From assembly GCA_963813715.1 (NCBI GenBank), contig CAWFAK010000007.1, positions 1-64,000 of the forward strand: a stretch of 64,000 nt of DNA. The letters are read 5' to 3'. The stretch is from an uncultured Planctomycetaceae bacterium (GTDB lineage: Bacteria; Planctomycetota; Planctomycetia; Planctomycetales; Planctomycetaceae). A model generated the notes under the pieces. It saw only the letters and a list, made by a program, of their open reading frames with translations, had not been told where the DNA came from and ran no database searches. Both the position numbers and the translations under genes were made by a program. The stretch's first letter is position 1. The number at the start of each line of letters is the position of its first letter. Below, one piece after another: positions 11,137 to 22,185 of the stretch.

Positions 11137-13001
11137 TCAACCGGATTTGGACGGGGCGGACTCGATCGACAGGTCGGGCAAGGTGATCTTGAGCTTGTCG
11201 CGCTCTTTGGGCGTGAGCACCGATTTGGCAACCACCAGCCGCTTGAGCGAACGGACCTGCAGCAGCAGTTCAAAGGTCGACGCGGGAAGGGGCGTCTCTT
11301 TGGGCAGCTGAATCTCGGCCAACTCGATCTTGGGCGGGAGATCCTCGAATTTCTCGAACGTCGTGCCGTCCATGAGCACCACTTTGCCGCCGTGCAACAA
11401 GACCCATTCGGCCACCACGCGGTGCAACCGCTTGCGAATGAACTGGTCGTTCTCGTAGACGGCGAAGTGGGGCTGATCGTCCCCCTTGGGCACCACCAGC
11501 GTGCCGATCGTCGTCTTGGTGCTGGCGTCTCCTTCGGTCACGCTGAGTTCGTTATTTCCCTCCTTGAGCGGAATCGGTTGCTTGAGTTCGTCATGCGTGA
11601 CTTCCTTGTCGCCGATCGTGATCTTCGCCTGCCCCTGATCGATGGCCTTGCCGGTCTGGGCGCTGACTTTGATTTCGTCGGCCCCCGCTTGCTGCTTCAT
11701 CATCGTGGTGATCAGGCCCCACGTGACGCCGAAGCCCGCCACGACAATCAACACCGCCGTCGCCAGCATCCACGGAGCGATCACGATGCCGCGGCTCGGC
11801 GGAAGCGCGTCGAGCGATGGCATGGTGGCGGTGCGATCAATCGCAGGTAACGCCACACCCGTCGGCCGGCCGGCCGCATAAGCGTCGAGCGCGCGGACCA
11901 CGTCGGTCATCGTGGTGAAGCGGTCTTCGAGCCGCTTGGCGATCATCTTGAGGCAGATCGCCTCGAGGGCCGGATCGATGCCTCTTCTGATGCTCGACGG
12001 TTTGCGCGGCGCGGACCCGATGATCTGCCCCATCACGGAGGCGATCGAGCCTTTGAAGGGGACTTCGCCGGTCAATAGTTCGTAGAGAATGATGCCCAGG
12101 CTGTAGATGTCGCAGCCCGGGCCCATTCGCTCCATGTCTCCTTCGACTTGCTCGGGCGACATGTAGGCAGGGCTGCCCATCAACATGCCTTCCTGCGTGA
12201 GCCGCGAATCCTCTTTTTTGTTGGTTTGCCGCGCGAGGCCGAAATCCATGATGATCGGCTCCTGGTGGCCGTCGATCATGATGTTGGCCGGCTTCAAATC
12301 GCGATGAATCACGCCCCGCGCGTGGGCCGCCTCGATGCCCGGGCCAGCTTGAGCACAAACGTCGCGGCGTCGCGACCGTCGAGCGGGCCGCCATCGGCGA
12401 GCACTTCCGAGAGGGGCCGGCCCTCGATGTAAGCCATCGACAGGTAACGAATGCCGTCGATCTCGCCGACGTCGTAGACCGGGCACAAATTCGCGTGGCG
12501 GAGCATGGCGGCGGCGCGGGCCTCGCGGTAAAACCGCGCCGTCATTTCAGCGTCGTCGTCATCGTCGGCGAATTTCGGAATCTTGAGGGCGACGGGCCGC
12601 TCGAGCTGCGTGTCGTCCGCCAGGTAAACGGCTCCCATCGACCCCTGCCCCAGGCAGCGGACGACCTTGTACCGGCCGAACTGCTCCGGCAGCGAACAGG
12701 AACGCACGGGCGTGAAGGCCCGCGGCGGAACCGTCGTCTGGCTGGAGCGAGGACGGTACTCGGTGCCGTGATCGGTTTGCGGGATGCTGGTGGCCGTGTC
12801 GCTCTCCGCTGGAACGGGCGTTTGTCCGGCGGATTCGTCAGCGGCGAAATGCGAGCGCAGGGCGTCGGCCAACTGCGGATGACGAGACAGCAAGTCGTCG
12901 AGCGCGATCGATTCGCCCGCCGCGCGGCGACGCGAATAGTCCGCGAGCACCTGGTCGAGACGCGATTCCGACGACAGATGGGACGGGCCCGGCTCGCCCA
13001 T
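11137..13001 (-). CDS. membrane-anchored Ser/Thr protein kinase (frameshift ~12345)
   Basis: LGQGSMG, VALKIP, HRDLKPAN, DFGLA and YMSPEQ motifs; TM helix; C-terminal LRR-like segment. Confidence 0.88.
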
Positions 13002-13147
13002 CGCGAGTCCTTGTGAACGGGGGAACGGGGAATCGTGGGACGGCAATTCGGAGCTGCGCCCCTGATTCAACCAGTTTCCCCGGATCGATGCAACGCGAAT
13101 GATGAACGGAGCTTAAAGGTCGGAACGCAGACTGGCTGGGCAAATAC

Positions 13148-13188
13148 GCCCTCACCCCGGCCCTCTCCCATCGGAATGGGAGAGGGGG
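13148..13188 (+). repeat. DUF559-associated palindromic repeat (CCCTCACCCCGGCCCTCTCCC...GGGAGAGGG)
   Basis: 41 bp identical to the reverse complement of 62260-62300. Confidence 0.9.
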
Positions 13189-13193
13189 AAGAA

Positions 13194-14183
13194 TTAGTAG
13201 CTGCGCTGCGTCGCGAACTCGGTGATTTCGACCAGCATTTGCTTGGCCGACGAGTTGTTGAGGCACTCGAGGTGCGAGCGGGCGGCGGCGGCAAATTCCA
13301 GGGCCCGGTGCCGTGCGTATTCCACCGCGTCGCTACGGTGCAGCCAGCGGACGACCTCACCCCACGCATCGTCGTCCGCCTGCGTGAGCAGTTCGCGGAG
13401 CCGCTGGGCGTCCGGCTCTTCCGTTTGGGCGAGCAGGCGGATGATGGGCAGCGTCAGCTTTTGCTTCTTGAAGTCGGTGCCGAGCGATTTGCCCGTTTGA
13501 TCTTCGGAGCCCAGGATGTCCAAGAGGTCGTCGGAGATCTGAAACGCGATCCCCAGCGTGCGGCCGTATTGCTCGAGCGACTTGGCGACCGTTTCGTCCG
13601 CGTCGGCATAGTGCGCGCCGAGGAAGCAGGAGACGGCGCACAGCTCGGCCGTCTTGCCGTCGATGATCCGCAGGTAGGCGTCCTCCGACAGGTCGAGGTT
13701 GCCCCGCTCGCGGGTCTGCGTCAGCTCGCCCTCGCAGACGATGTTCGTCGCCCGGCCGATCAGGCGGCAGGCGAGCGTCGTGTCGAGGCTGCTGGCGAGA
13801 TGAAACGCGTGCGTGAACAGGTAATCGCCGAAGAGCACGCTCGTTTCGTTGTTCCAGCGAGCGTTCACCGTGGCGACGTAGCGCCGCGTCTCGGCTTCGT
13901 CGAGCACGTCGTCGTGCACGAGGGTGGCCGTGTGAATCATTTCGACCACGGCCCCGAGCACGCGATGCGCCTCGTTGATCGGGCCGGCGGCGGAAGCGGA
14001 GAGCAGCAGCAACATGGGCCGCAGCCGCTTGCCGCGAAAGTGGGCGACGTGGGCAAAGATATCGGCGACGTAAGGATTCTGGCTTTCGAGCTCTTGTCGA
14101 AAGATCTGCTCGACTTGCCGCAGGTCGTCGCCGATGAACCGTTCGACTCGCGACGGCAAGCCCGCCAAATCCCGGCCGCCCAT
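13194..14183 (-). CDS. polyprenyl diphosphate synthase (IspB-like)
   Basis: GKRLRP, LVHDDVLD, GKTA and FQISDDLLD motifs. Confidence 0.92.
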   Translation of the reverse strand: MGGRDLAGLPSRVERFIGDDLRQVEQIFRQELESQNPYVADIFAHVAHFRGKRLRPMLLLLSASAAGPINEAHRVLGAVVEMIHTATLVHDDVLDEAETRRYVATVNARWNNETSVLFGDYLFTHAFHLASSLDTTLACRLIGRATNIVCEGELTQTRERGNLDLSEDAYLRIIDGKTAELCAVSCFLGAHYADADETVAKSLEQYGRTLGIAFQISDDLLDILGSEDQTGKSLGTDFKKQKLTLPIIRLLAQTEEPDAQRLRELLTQADDDAWGEVVRWLHRSDAVEYARHRALEFAAAARSHLECLNNSSAKQMLVEITEFATQRSY

Positions 14184-14205
14184 CTTCGCTGTACCTCGAA
14201 ACTGC

Positions 14206-14703
14206 TTACTCGCGTCGTGCGTCCGGCGGCAGTGAACGCCGAAAGGGGCCGCTCTTGCCGCCCGTCTTCTCGACTAATCCAATCGGGCCGATCGTGATCG
14301 CGCGATCGGACGATTTGCACATATCATAAACGGTGAGGGCGGCCACGGAGACGGCGGTTAACGCCTCCATCTCCACGCCCGTTCGAGCTTGAACGCCGAC
14401 TTGTGCTTCGATCTTCAGCGTTCGCTCGTCCACCACCTCGAAGTTGACTTCGGCCTTGTCCACGGGGAGCGGGTGACACAAGGGAATCAGGTCCGCGGTC
14501 CGCTTGGCTGCCATGATGCCGGCCAGCCGCGCCACCTCGAACACGTTTCCCTTGAGCACCTTGCCGTCGCGGATTTGGGCCAAGGTTTCTGGCGCCAGGC
14601 TGACGTAGGCGACGGCCCGCGCGAGCCGCTCGGTCACATTTTTCCCGCCGACATCCACCATGCGGCTCGCGCCGGCTTCGTCAAAATGGGAAAATTGCGA
14701 CAT
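14206..14703 (-). CDS. moaC: cyclic pyranopterin monophosphate synthase
   Basis: [27 protein letters not shown] and KTGGKSG motifs. Confidence 0.97.
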   Translation of the reverse strand: MSQFSHFDEAGASRMVDVGGKNVTERLARAVAYVSLAPETLAQIRDGKVLKGNVFEVARLAGIMAAKRTADLIPLCHPLPVDKAEVNFEVVDERTLKIEAQVGVQARTGVEMEALTAVSVAALTVYDMCKSSDRAITIGPIGLVEKTGGKSGPFRRSLPPDARRE

Positions 14704-14782
14704 GGGCGTGCGTGCTGCCGAGTCGGTCAGCGATGGCTACAGCACTATAGTCCTGGCCCAAGGTGCCGACAACCCAGTTGAC

Positions 14783-14833
14783 GAACATCGCCGCGTGATC
14801 GCAACCCCAAACGAGCTTTGCATCTGAGAGTTG
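14783..14833. repeat. ~51-bp direct repeat, copy 1
   Basis: gaacatcgccgcgtgatcgcaaccccaaacgagctttgcatctgagagttg; near-identical to 16279-16330. Confidence 0.9.
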
Positions 14834-14896
14834 CCTGCGCGAGTCGGAGCCGTCCCTGCATATGGCTTTGTCGAAACGATCCGGCGCGATCGAAAG

Positions 14897-16153
14897 TCAA
14901 TCAACGGACCCTTTTTCCGGAGAGCCGTTCCTGGCGATGGGGTCCGCCGCGTTGCCGACCGACGTTTGACCCCCTGGCTTTTCGGAAAGCGTCTTCTGCA
15001 GGAGAGCGATGCCCTCGGGTCCCGGATGAAGCATGTCCACCAGGTTTCCACGACGATCGATCAACAGCATGGTCGGGTACGACTGAACGCCGTAATCCTC
15101 CGAAGCCGCCGACCCGACTTCCTCCACGGGCTGTGCGACGGCCACCGGGAACGGCAGGTCGCGACCGTGCCAGAGTTTCTTCCGCGTGTCGACCAGATGC
15201 GCATCGAGCTTTGTGACCGAATCGATCTTGTCTGGCGTTAAATCGACGTGCACGCCGATCACCACCAGCCCCTCCTTTTTGTATTCGTCAAACAGCTTGA
15301 ACGTTTCCGGCATCCGATAAACGCATGGCCCGCACCAGTATCCCCAGAATTCGAGCAGCACGCACTTTCCCTTTAGGTTGGCCAATTTGAGCGGCGGGCC
15401 GTTTTTCCATTCCGCAATATCGCGCAGCTCCGGTGCCGGATGCCCCATCAACAAGGCGAACTTTCGGGCAGGAAGGGGCAGCGTCACCTCGATCTCGCGC
15501 TTCGCCCCGGGAACGGTCACTGCATCCTTTTTGTGAGCCACGTACGTGCCGTAGCTATACAGCTCATAGCGGCCGGGCGGCACGGCGAAATGAAACTCAC
15601 CTTTTTTGGAATCGCAACTCATCAGTCGAGCCCGACCAAGACTGAGATACACGTTGGTCCAATCGATGTTTCGACCGAGTTTGGCTAGCTCCGCACAAAC
15701 GAGCTTTCCCGAGATGTGGCACTCCGGAACGAGCGTCAGCTCAACCGGCTGATGGAGGTCTTTCGAATCGAGATCGGCCAAGGCGATCAGGCCGCGTCCC
15801 GTGTGGCGGGCGATGATTTCGACATGTCCCCAGAGGTTAATGAGGTTGCCGCGCTCTGACGTTAATTTGGCCAAGCCGTTCTTGTCCGAGACACAATGAT
15901 CCACGTACATCAGCCCGCTCTCATCGGCGATTTGCGGGTGCCGCGATTTTTCTTCTTCCCGGAAAAGAGTCGATGTGCCGACGTGTGCCCCCGAAACGGG
16001 CTTGTGATCTGCATCAACCAGACGCACGGTCAATGTCTTGATCGGCTCTGCTTTGCCCAGCTTGGGGTCCGCACCACGCGCAGGCAGAACGATGAGGAAG
16101 GCCACGGTGAATGCGACCGAAAGCGATCGAGCGGCGTGACAAGAGCGTTTCAT
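14897..16153 (-). CDS. secreted TlpA/redoxin-family thiol-disulfide oxidoreductase with N-terminal carboxypeptidase-regulatory-like domain
   Basis: LLEFWGYWCGPC and YGVQSYPTMLLIDRRG motifs; signal peptide. Confidence 0.85.
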   Translation of the reverse strand: MKRSCHAARSLSVAFTVAFLIVLPARGADPKLGKAEPIKTLTVRLVDADHKPVSGAHVGTSTLFREEEKSRHPQIADESGLMYVDHCVSDKNGLAKLTSERGNLINLWGHVEIIARHTGRGLIALADLDSKDLHQPVELTLVPECHISGKLVCAELAKLGRNIDWTNVYLSLGRARLMSCDSKKGEFHFAVPPGRYELYSYGTYVAHKKDAVTVPGAKREIEVTLPLPARKFALLMGHPAPELRDIAEWKNGPPLKLANLKGKCVLLEFWGYWCGPCVYRMPETFKLFDEYKKEGLVVIGVHVDLTPDKIDSVTKLDAHLVDTRKKLWHGRDLPFPVAVAQPVEEVGSAASEDYGVQSYPTMLLIDRRGNLVDMLHPGPEGIALLQKTLSEKPGGQTSVGNAADPIARNGSPEKGSVD

Positions 16154-16278
16154 AAGGCAGCCTCGCGCACGGAGCGGAAAACCAGAGATTCGTTCAGAGG
16201 CTTCCAAATTTTATCGCAAGCTGCTCGGAACCGGTACGCTATGATCGGGTCTGCCCTTAGGCGCAACTCAATGAGCGA

Positions 16279-16330
16279 GAACATCGTCGCGTCATCGCAA
16301 CCCCAAACGAGCTTTTGCATCTGAGAGTTG
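16279..16330. repeat. ~52-bp direct repeat, copy 2
   Basis: 2 substitutions and 1 indel relative to 14783-14833. Confidence 0.9.
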
Positions 16331-16406
16331 AATCGGTGTTCCAACGGCCGATCGGAAACCTCTGCGGGGACGCGCTGCGATACGATAGGGTGTGAGGGAG
16401 GTTGCC

Positions 16407-16781
16407 ATGCGGCACAAGAGAGCGATCGCGGTCACGACGTTCCTGGCAGCGCTGTTTGGGTCGTTGGTGTGGGTCATCGGTTCGCTCGGCGACAACCCGC
16501 CCCTCTTCCTGCTGTGGAACCTGTTGTTCATCGTCTGGGCGCTCGCAATTCGCTGGTGGCTGGTCACAGGCGGATTGATCGGTCTCCTGGGGGCCGTGCT
16601 CACGCCGGTACTTGACTCGGACAACCTCGATCGGATCGTGATTGGGATCATGTGCGGGGTCGGCATCGCATGCGCCATCGATTATCTCCGCCGGCCTGAT
16701 CCGGCATTGGCCGCCCCGATCGAGCCACAATCTCCCCTGTCAGCCTCCGCGGCGCAGCCGAGCAGTCGGGACATGCGATGA
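16407..16781 (+). CDS. hypothetical membrane protein (about 4 TM)
   Basis: GGAGG RBS; hydrophobic helices; stop overlaps the next ATG. Confidence 0.65.
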   Translation: MRHKRAIAVTTFLAALFGSLVWVIGSLGDNPPLFLLWNLLFIVWALAIRWWLVTGGLIGLLGAVLTPVLDSDNLDRIVIGIMCGVGIACAIDYLRRPDPALAAPIEPQSPLSASAAQPSSRDMR

Positions 16782-18508
16782 ACCGCGATGCGGAAATCGA
16801 GCCGGCAGCGGGAAGGTCCGATTCGGGTGCGTCGGATCGCGACGCGATGGTCCTCCGGATGCTCGACGAAGTGACGTCAGAAGCGCGCGGCGGGAAAACG
16901 CCGGACTTTGAAGCGCTCGCTCGGCGGCATCCCGACCTTGTCGACGAGGTCCGCATGCTCTGGGCGACGGCCATGGTGGCCGAGGATTTTGCCAGCGTGT
17001 CGCAGGTGCTCGATTCGGTCGAAGCGCGCCGCCAGCGCTCCCAGCCGGCCGCCTACCTTCGAGCCTCGGCAGCGCGTCGGCGATTACGAGATTCTCGAAG
17101 AGATCGGTCGCGGCGGCATGGGTGTCGTGTTCCGCGCGCGGCAGATCAGCCTCGGACGGATCGTGGCCCTCAAGATGATCCTCCGCGGCGAGCTGGCCTC
17201 CGCGGCCGATCTCACGCGGTTTCGCGGCGAGGCCGAGTCGGCCGCCCGGCTGCACCATCCGCACGTGACGGCCGTCTATGAAATCGGTGACCACGAGGGG
17301 CAGCCGTTCTTCAGCATGCAGTTCGTCGAGGGGACGACGCTCGCCCGCCGCGTCGCCGAAGGGCCGCTGCCCGCCGCGAGGCGGCGAGTCTACTGCTCCC
17401 GGTCTGTCGGGCGATTGCCGAAGCGCACCGCCAGGGTTTGTTGCACCGCGACCTCAAGCCCTCGAACATTCTCATCGATCGCACGGGCCATCCGTTCGTG
17501 AGCGATTTCGGCCTGGCCAAGCGGGTCACGGCCGACAAAGCCGACGAAGATGAGCAGACTCGCTCGCTGCTCACGCACAGCGGGGCGATCGTCGGTACCC
17601 CCGGCTACATGGCTCCCGAGCAGGCGGCCGGCAACCGCGGCGAGGTCGGCCGCGCGACCGATGTCTACGGCCTGGGCGCCCTGCTCTACGCGACGCTGAC
17701 GGGCCGCGCGCCGTTTCAGTCGGCCTCGCCCGTCGACACGGTGCTGCAAGTGCTCGAGCAGGATCCCCTCCCCCCGCGGCTGCTCAATCCGGGCGTCGAC
17801 GCCGACCTGGAGATGATCGCCCTCCGCTGCCTGCAAAAACCGGCCGAGCTGCGCTACGCGACCGCCGACGAGCTGGCCGACGACCTCGAGCGATTTCTCG
17901 CCAACGAGCCGATCGCCGCCCGCTCGTCACGATTCGACCAGGTGCTGACGCGGGCCTTTCGCGAGACACACCACGCCGTTGTCTTAGAAAACTGGGGCGT
18001 GCTCTGGATGTGGCACAGCCTCGTACTCATCGTGCTGTGCGTCGTCACGAACGCGTTTCAATGGGACGGCATCACAGCCCGCCTGCCGTACGTCGGCCTG
18101 TGGACAATCGGCCTTGGGGTGTGGGCCGTCATCTTTTGGAACCTCCGCCGCCGCAGCGGCCCGATCACGTTCGTCGAACGCCAGATCGCCCACATCTGGG
18201 CCGGCAGCGTGATCTGCAGCACGCTCCTCTTCGGCATCGAAGCCCTGCTCGACCTGCCCGTGCTCACGCTCTCGCCCGTGCTCGGCCTGGTGAGCGGCAT
18301 GGTGTTCCTGGTCAAAGCCGGCATCCTGAGCGGCGCCTTCTACATCCAAGCGGCCGCCCTCTTCGCCACGGCCGGCGCGATGGCGCTCTGGTCCCGCACG
18401 GGCCTGCCGCCGCTGGGCATCTCCCTCTTCGGCATCGTCTCCGCCGTCTGCTTCTTCGTGCCGGGCCTCAAATACTATCGACAGCAACGCTCGCGGCTCC
18501 GGGGCTAA
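16778..18508 (+). CDS. Ser/Thr protein kinase with C-terminal multi-TM domain (2 frameshifts)
   Basis: [26 protein letters not shown] and [10 protein letters not shown] motifs; about 6 TM helices. Confidence 0.9.
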
Positions 18509-18861
18509 GTCGCTTCGTTGAGCTTGCCCAGCAAGCCCCGCGGCCGGCGGAGGCCGATCTGAGGATGCGGGATAGGCGGCTGGGTGCATTCCGCCAGGCT
18601 TTTCCCGGGCTCCCGGCCACCGCCCCGCATCTTTCATCCGGTGCGTACTCGTTCGTTCGCCTGGAAGGGTCGATAAAGGGTGTATGGTCGCGTCCGTCGG
18701 ACCGTGCCATCGCCGTGCAAGGGCCTTGGGCATTTTGAGGCGGAGTGAGAAACTGCGTCCTCTGCATCTAAGGTCGTCGAAATCGCCTACAATGCAGAAT
18801 CCGCGTTGAGGCGAGGTCACGCCGAGAATCCGAACCATTCCCACTACCGGAGCTGCACTGA

Positions 18862-19197
18862 ATGCCACGTCGTTATAAGGGCTGGGCGAGTTGGACGATC
18901 GAACTCCGCAAACGCATGTATCGCGACAACTGTCCGGAAGCCACGTTGACAATCGACGAGGTCGCTCAGGGAATCGGCGCCGAGACGCCAGGCGTCATCG
19001 ACAGCAAACGATTTTGGGATGCGTGCCGGGAATGCAGAGGCGGTTTTGACGCGATTGCCAAACAAGGGCTTGAGATCGAGTTTGAACCGACCGCCGACAA
19101 ATCCGTGGAGCGGGTGACGTTTCGGCTCAACGCCAAGTGGCTGGAACATTTTGGCAGGGTGCGCGAAAAAGTGCTTGGCAAAGTCACCTCGATCTGA
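18862..19197 (+). CDS. hypothetical protein
   Basis: 111-aa ORF with GGAG upstream; no motif recognised. Confidence 0.5.
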   Translation: MPRRYKGWASWTIELRKRMYRDNCPEATLTIDEVAQGIGAETPGVIDSKRFWDACRECRGGFDAIAKQGLEIEFEPTADKSVERVTFRLNAKWLEHFGRVREKVLGKVTSI

Positions 19198-19372
19198 TTG
19201 AACGTCCTTGCTGTCCAGGAGGCGCCAGCGCACGGCGTTTGGGGCCGGTTAGAGGCCCGTCGTGCAAACGCGCACCGTCCTGCAAACGCGCAATTGATCG
19301 CTGATTCGGTTGCGGCACCGCACGCCACATCGCCCCCTCGCACTTCCACAGCAGTTGTGGTCGGCGAGAGAA

Positions 19373-21124
19373 TCAATACCGCCAACTCGTGAGATCCGCT
19401 CCCGGCGGGGCTGACTTGAGAATCCGTGCCAGGATCTTCGGCGCGTGCATCTGGTGGTAGCGGAGGCGGGAGAACGCGTTCGGCCGCGTGGGGTCGCCGT
19501 TCCAGCAGTGTTCCGCGCGGTCGCCGTACGCGACCTCGCCGTCGTAATGCGGGTCCTTCGTGGTTTTCAAAAACTCTTCCACGAGGTAGACGGCGTTGTT
19601 GAGGTAGTAGTTGTCCATGTCGCCGCAGTAGATGTGAATCTTGCCCTGCAGCTTCTTGCCGATTTTGGGCCAGTCGCGCTGGAGGATGTGGCCCAGGTCG
19701 TAATGCTCGCGCCAATACTCGGCGACCGAGTGGTCGATCTGGCCGGTGGCTTTGTCCCAGATCGGCTTCGGGTAGCCGTCGTCGCCCGTGGGTGAATAAA
19801 CGGCCTGCCAGATGTCCCACTGATCGCCCGAGCGCGAGTTCGTGCCCAGCACCAGCTCACGGCGATTGGAGTCTTCGAGCGTGATGCCGACTTCGCCCAA
19901 ATAGTTGCGGCTGCCCGGGCGAGGCGTTTTGGCGAACTGGCTGTCGGCGTAGTACGCGTTCTTGTGCTCGTACAAGTTGACGACCGTGTACGAGCGAAAA
20001 TCGATCGGATCGGGGCACGCCACCCAGCAGCCGTTGTATTGGTCAGGATAGAAGATCTGCACCGCCAGCGACTCCCAGCCGCCGGTCGAGCCGCCGTAGA
20101 GAAAGCGGGCCCAGCCTTCGCCGATGCAGCGAAATTGCTTTTCGACCTCGGGGACGAGCTCGTAGGTGATCGCGTCGCCGTACGGGCCGAGGTTGGCCGA
20201 GTTCACCGCGTAGGAATCGTCGTAGTACGGGTTGGCGTGCTGGATTTCGATCATCACCATCCGCGGGAAACCGGGCCCGGTCCAATCCTTGTAGAGCTGG
20301 TGGGCGTATTCCTGCTCGATCTTGTTGTAGCCGTGCAGCTTGAATCGCTTGTTGTAATCGGGCTTGAGATTGGGATCGGCCGGCGTCTCGCGAAAGCCGT
20401 CGATCGTCGCGGGAAAATGGCCGTGAAAGATCGCCAGCGGATAGCGGGCTTTGGGATGTTCCTCGAAGCCGTGGGGGAGTAGCACGCAGGCGCCGAGATG
20501 CATCGGCCGGCCCCAGAATTCCGTCAACAGCTTGCTTTGGATCTTGATGTGCTTGATGTACTTGGTGTCCTTCGGCGGCTCGATGGGGGGAATCTCCTGG
20601 TCGAGCACCAGCGTCTCGACCGCCCCGTGCTGCGGATCAAAGTGGATCTTTTTCGGCGTGCTGAAGAGATTGCCCGGCGCCTTATTCCATTGCTGCCCCT
20701 CGCCCCGATCCATCGGCAGCTTCACGGTGTGGCCGTTTTTCAGATGAAACGTTTCGTACTTGTGCAACAGCGCCTGGACCCAATACTCGCCGGCCGGCAC
20801 GTCCGCGAGACTCTTGATCGGGTAGCCCAGCACCGACCGATCGACGACGGCCGCCTCGCCCGGCTTCAATCCGTCGACATTGATGCCAAACACCAGCTGC
20901 GTGTTGGCGTCGCCCGTGATTTGAAACCGTGGCTCCTGGGCGTTGTCGGTCGAGAGCATCACCAACAGGCGACCGTCGAGCGGAGCGGCGCTTTTGGCTG
21001 CCGGGAAACTCACATGGAAACTCATTCCGGCGTCCTTCTTAGTGTCTTGAGCGTGGGAGCACTGGGAGCGGAGCGAGGCGACGCACAGCAGAATAAACGA
21101 AGAAGCAAAGCGGGTGCGCGTCAT
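19373..21124 (-). CDS. secreted alpha/beta-hydrolase (putative esterase family)
   Basis: GGSTGG nucleophile motif, YAVNSANLGPYG and GDMDNYYL; signal peptide. Confidence 0.8.
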   Translation of the reverse strand: MTRTRFASSFILLCVASLRSQCSHAQDTKKDAGMSFHVSFPAAKSAAPLDGRLLVMLSTDNAQEPRFQITGDANTQLVFGINVDGLKPGEAAVVDRSVLGYPIKSLADVPAGEYWVQALLHKYETFHLKNGHTVKLPMDRGEGQQWNKAPGNLFSTPKKIHFDPQHGAVETLVLDQEIPPIEPPKDTKYIKHIKIQSKLLTEFWGRPMHLGACVLLPHGFEEHPKARYPLAIFHGHFPATIDGFRETPADPNLKPDYNKRFKLHGYNKIEQEYAHQLYKDWTGPGFPRMVMIEIQHANPYYDDSYAVNSANLGPYGDAITYELVPEVEKQFRCIGEGWARFLYGGSTGGWESLAVQIFYPDQYNGCWVACPDPIDFRSYTVVNLYEHKNAYYADSQFAKTPRPGSRNYLGEVGITLEDSNRRELVLGTNSRSGDQWDIWQAVYSPTGDDGYPKPIWDKATGQIDHSVAEYWREHYDLGHILQRDWPKIGKKLQGKIHIYCGDMDNYYLNNAVYLVEEFLKTTKDPHYDGEVAYGDRAEHCWNGDPTRPNAFSRLRYHQMHAPKILARILKSAPPGADLTSWRY

Positions 21125-21158
21125 GAGGGGTGTCTCTGGGAGTGAGAAGCGGGCGGTA

Positions 21159-21198
21159 GGTGTGGCACGCCCTGCTAAGGGCGTGGCGGCCGTCTCGG
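21159..21198 (+). repeat. REP family A (GTGTGGCACGCCCTGCTAAGGGCGTGG)
   Basis: Hairpin CACGCCCT/AGGGCGTG; 37/40 identical to 21913-21952. Confidence 0.88.
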
Positions 21199-21234
21199 AA
21201 TTACCCTCTGTTTCGACGGTTCCGAACCTCTCGG

Positions 21235-21828
21235 TCACGAGTCGTACATCATCGGCAGCGTCGCATCGATTTGGAACGGCACTGGCCGCATTCCTGCATA
21301 CCATCGCGCACTGGACCATTCCCAGTCTGTCGCGCGTTCACACAGGCGACGCCGAACCGGGTTGTGGTGAATGTAGTCGATCATCGATTCGAGCGTCTGT
21401 TCATTGGATACGTTGCGGTCGTATCCACCTCCTGGCTGCCAAAATCGGCGACGGGTGACGTTCCCTTCAACGACTGTGATTTTCGCCAAGAAGTCTGGAG
21501 CATTGTCTTTCAGCCAGCGGATCGCCGGCCGCGCCGTCTGTTCCTTGACGAAACCAGCGAAGCGACCGAGGTCGAGTTTTGGCTCGCGTGGACTGACAAG
21601 CAAATGGACGTGCTCGGGCATCAGGACGTAAGCCCAAACATCTACGGGCCAACGTTGGCGGCCTTTCTCCAGCGCCGCGATGAACCATTCTCGCGTCCGG
21701 TCACGCTCAAGGAATCGGAACCGATGATAGCAGGAGAAAGTGAACTCTCTCGGCTCGCGATTGACTTCGTATCGCTTACGGCGTTTACGGAAGCAGGATT
21801 GCGCGGAGCTGGGATCGTGGATGCGCAT
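21235..21828 (-). CDS. REP-associated tyrosine transposase (RAYT; Y1 HUH)
   Basis: FTFSC, AYVLMPEHVHLL (HUH), FWQPG, YIHHNPV and WEWSSA motifs; flanked by REPs. Confidence 0.92.
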   Translation of the reverse strand: MRIHDPSSAQSCFRKRRKRYEVNREPREFTFSCYHRFRFLERDRTREWFIAALEKGRQRWPVDVWAYVLMPEHVHLLVSPREPKLDLGRFAGFVKEQTARPAIRWLKDNAPDFLAKITVVEGNVTRRRFWQPGGGYDRNVSNEQTLESMIDYIHHNPVRRRLCERATDWEWSSARWYAGMRPVPFQIDATLPMMYDS

Positions 21829-21912
21829 GAGGGAGGCCCCAAAGGTGCCCCCATGCTACCCAAAGTCGAACGAATCTCCCGCATGGAAAATGAAAATCAC
21901 GCGCAAGACGGC

Positions 21913-22020
21913 GGTGTGGCACGCCCTGCTAAGAGCGTGGCGCACGTCTCGGGCGCGACTTCTCAGATACATTCGCCGAACACCCACCACGCCCTTCCTG
22001 ACGTCAGGGCGTGCCACCCG
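21913..22020. repeat. inverted REP family A doublet (REPIN-like)
   Basis: + copy at 21913-21942 and - copy at 21985-22020 with an expanded loop. Confidence 0.85.
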
Positions 22021-22021
22021 A

Positions 22022-22122
22022 CCGCGACGCGGAGCGCCCGGCCACACGCCAACCCGAGAGTTGAATGGCGGAGTGGCGCAAAAGTCTGGGGGCGAACCGC
22101 AGACGGTTCGACCCGAGCCACC
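22022..22122 (-). repeat. two further REP-like palindromes (families C and B)
   Basis: Reverse complement GTGTGGCCGGGCGCTCCGCGTCGCGG (22022-22047) and GGTGGCTCGGGTCGAACCG..CGGTTCGCCCCCAG (22086-22122). Confidence 0.7.
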
Positions 22123-22185
22123 GACGCTCAGATTACCCTGGAGTTGGCGCGGGTTCCATGACAGGGCTTGGGCACGAAAGCAGGA

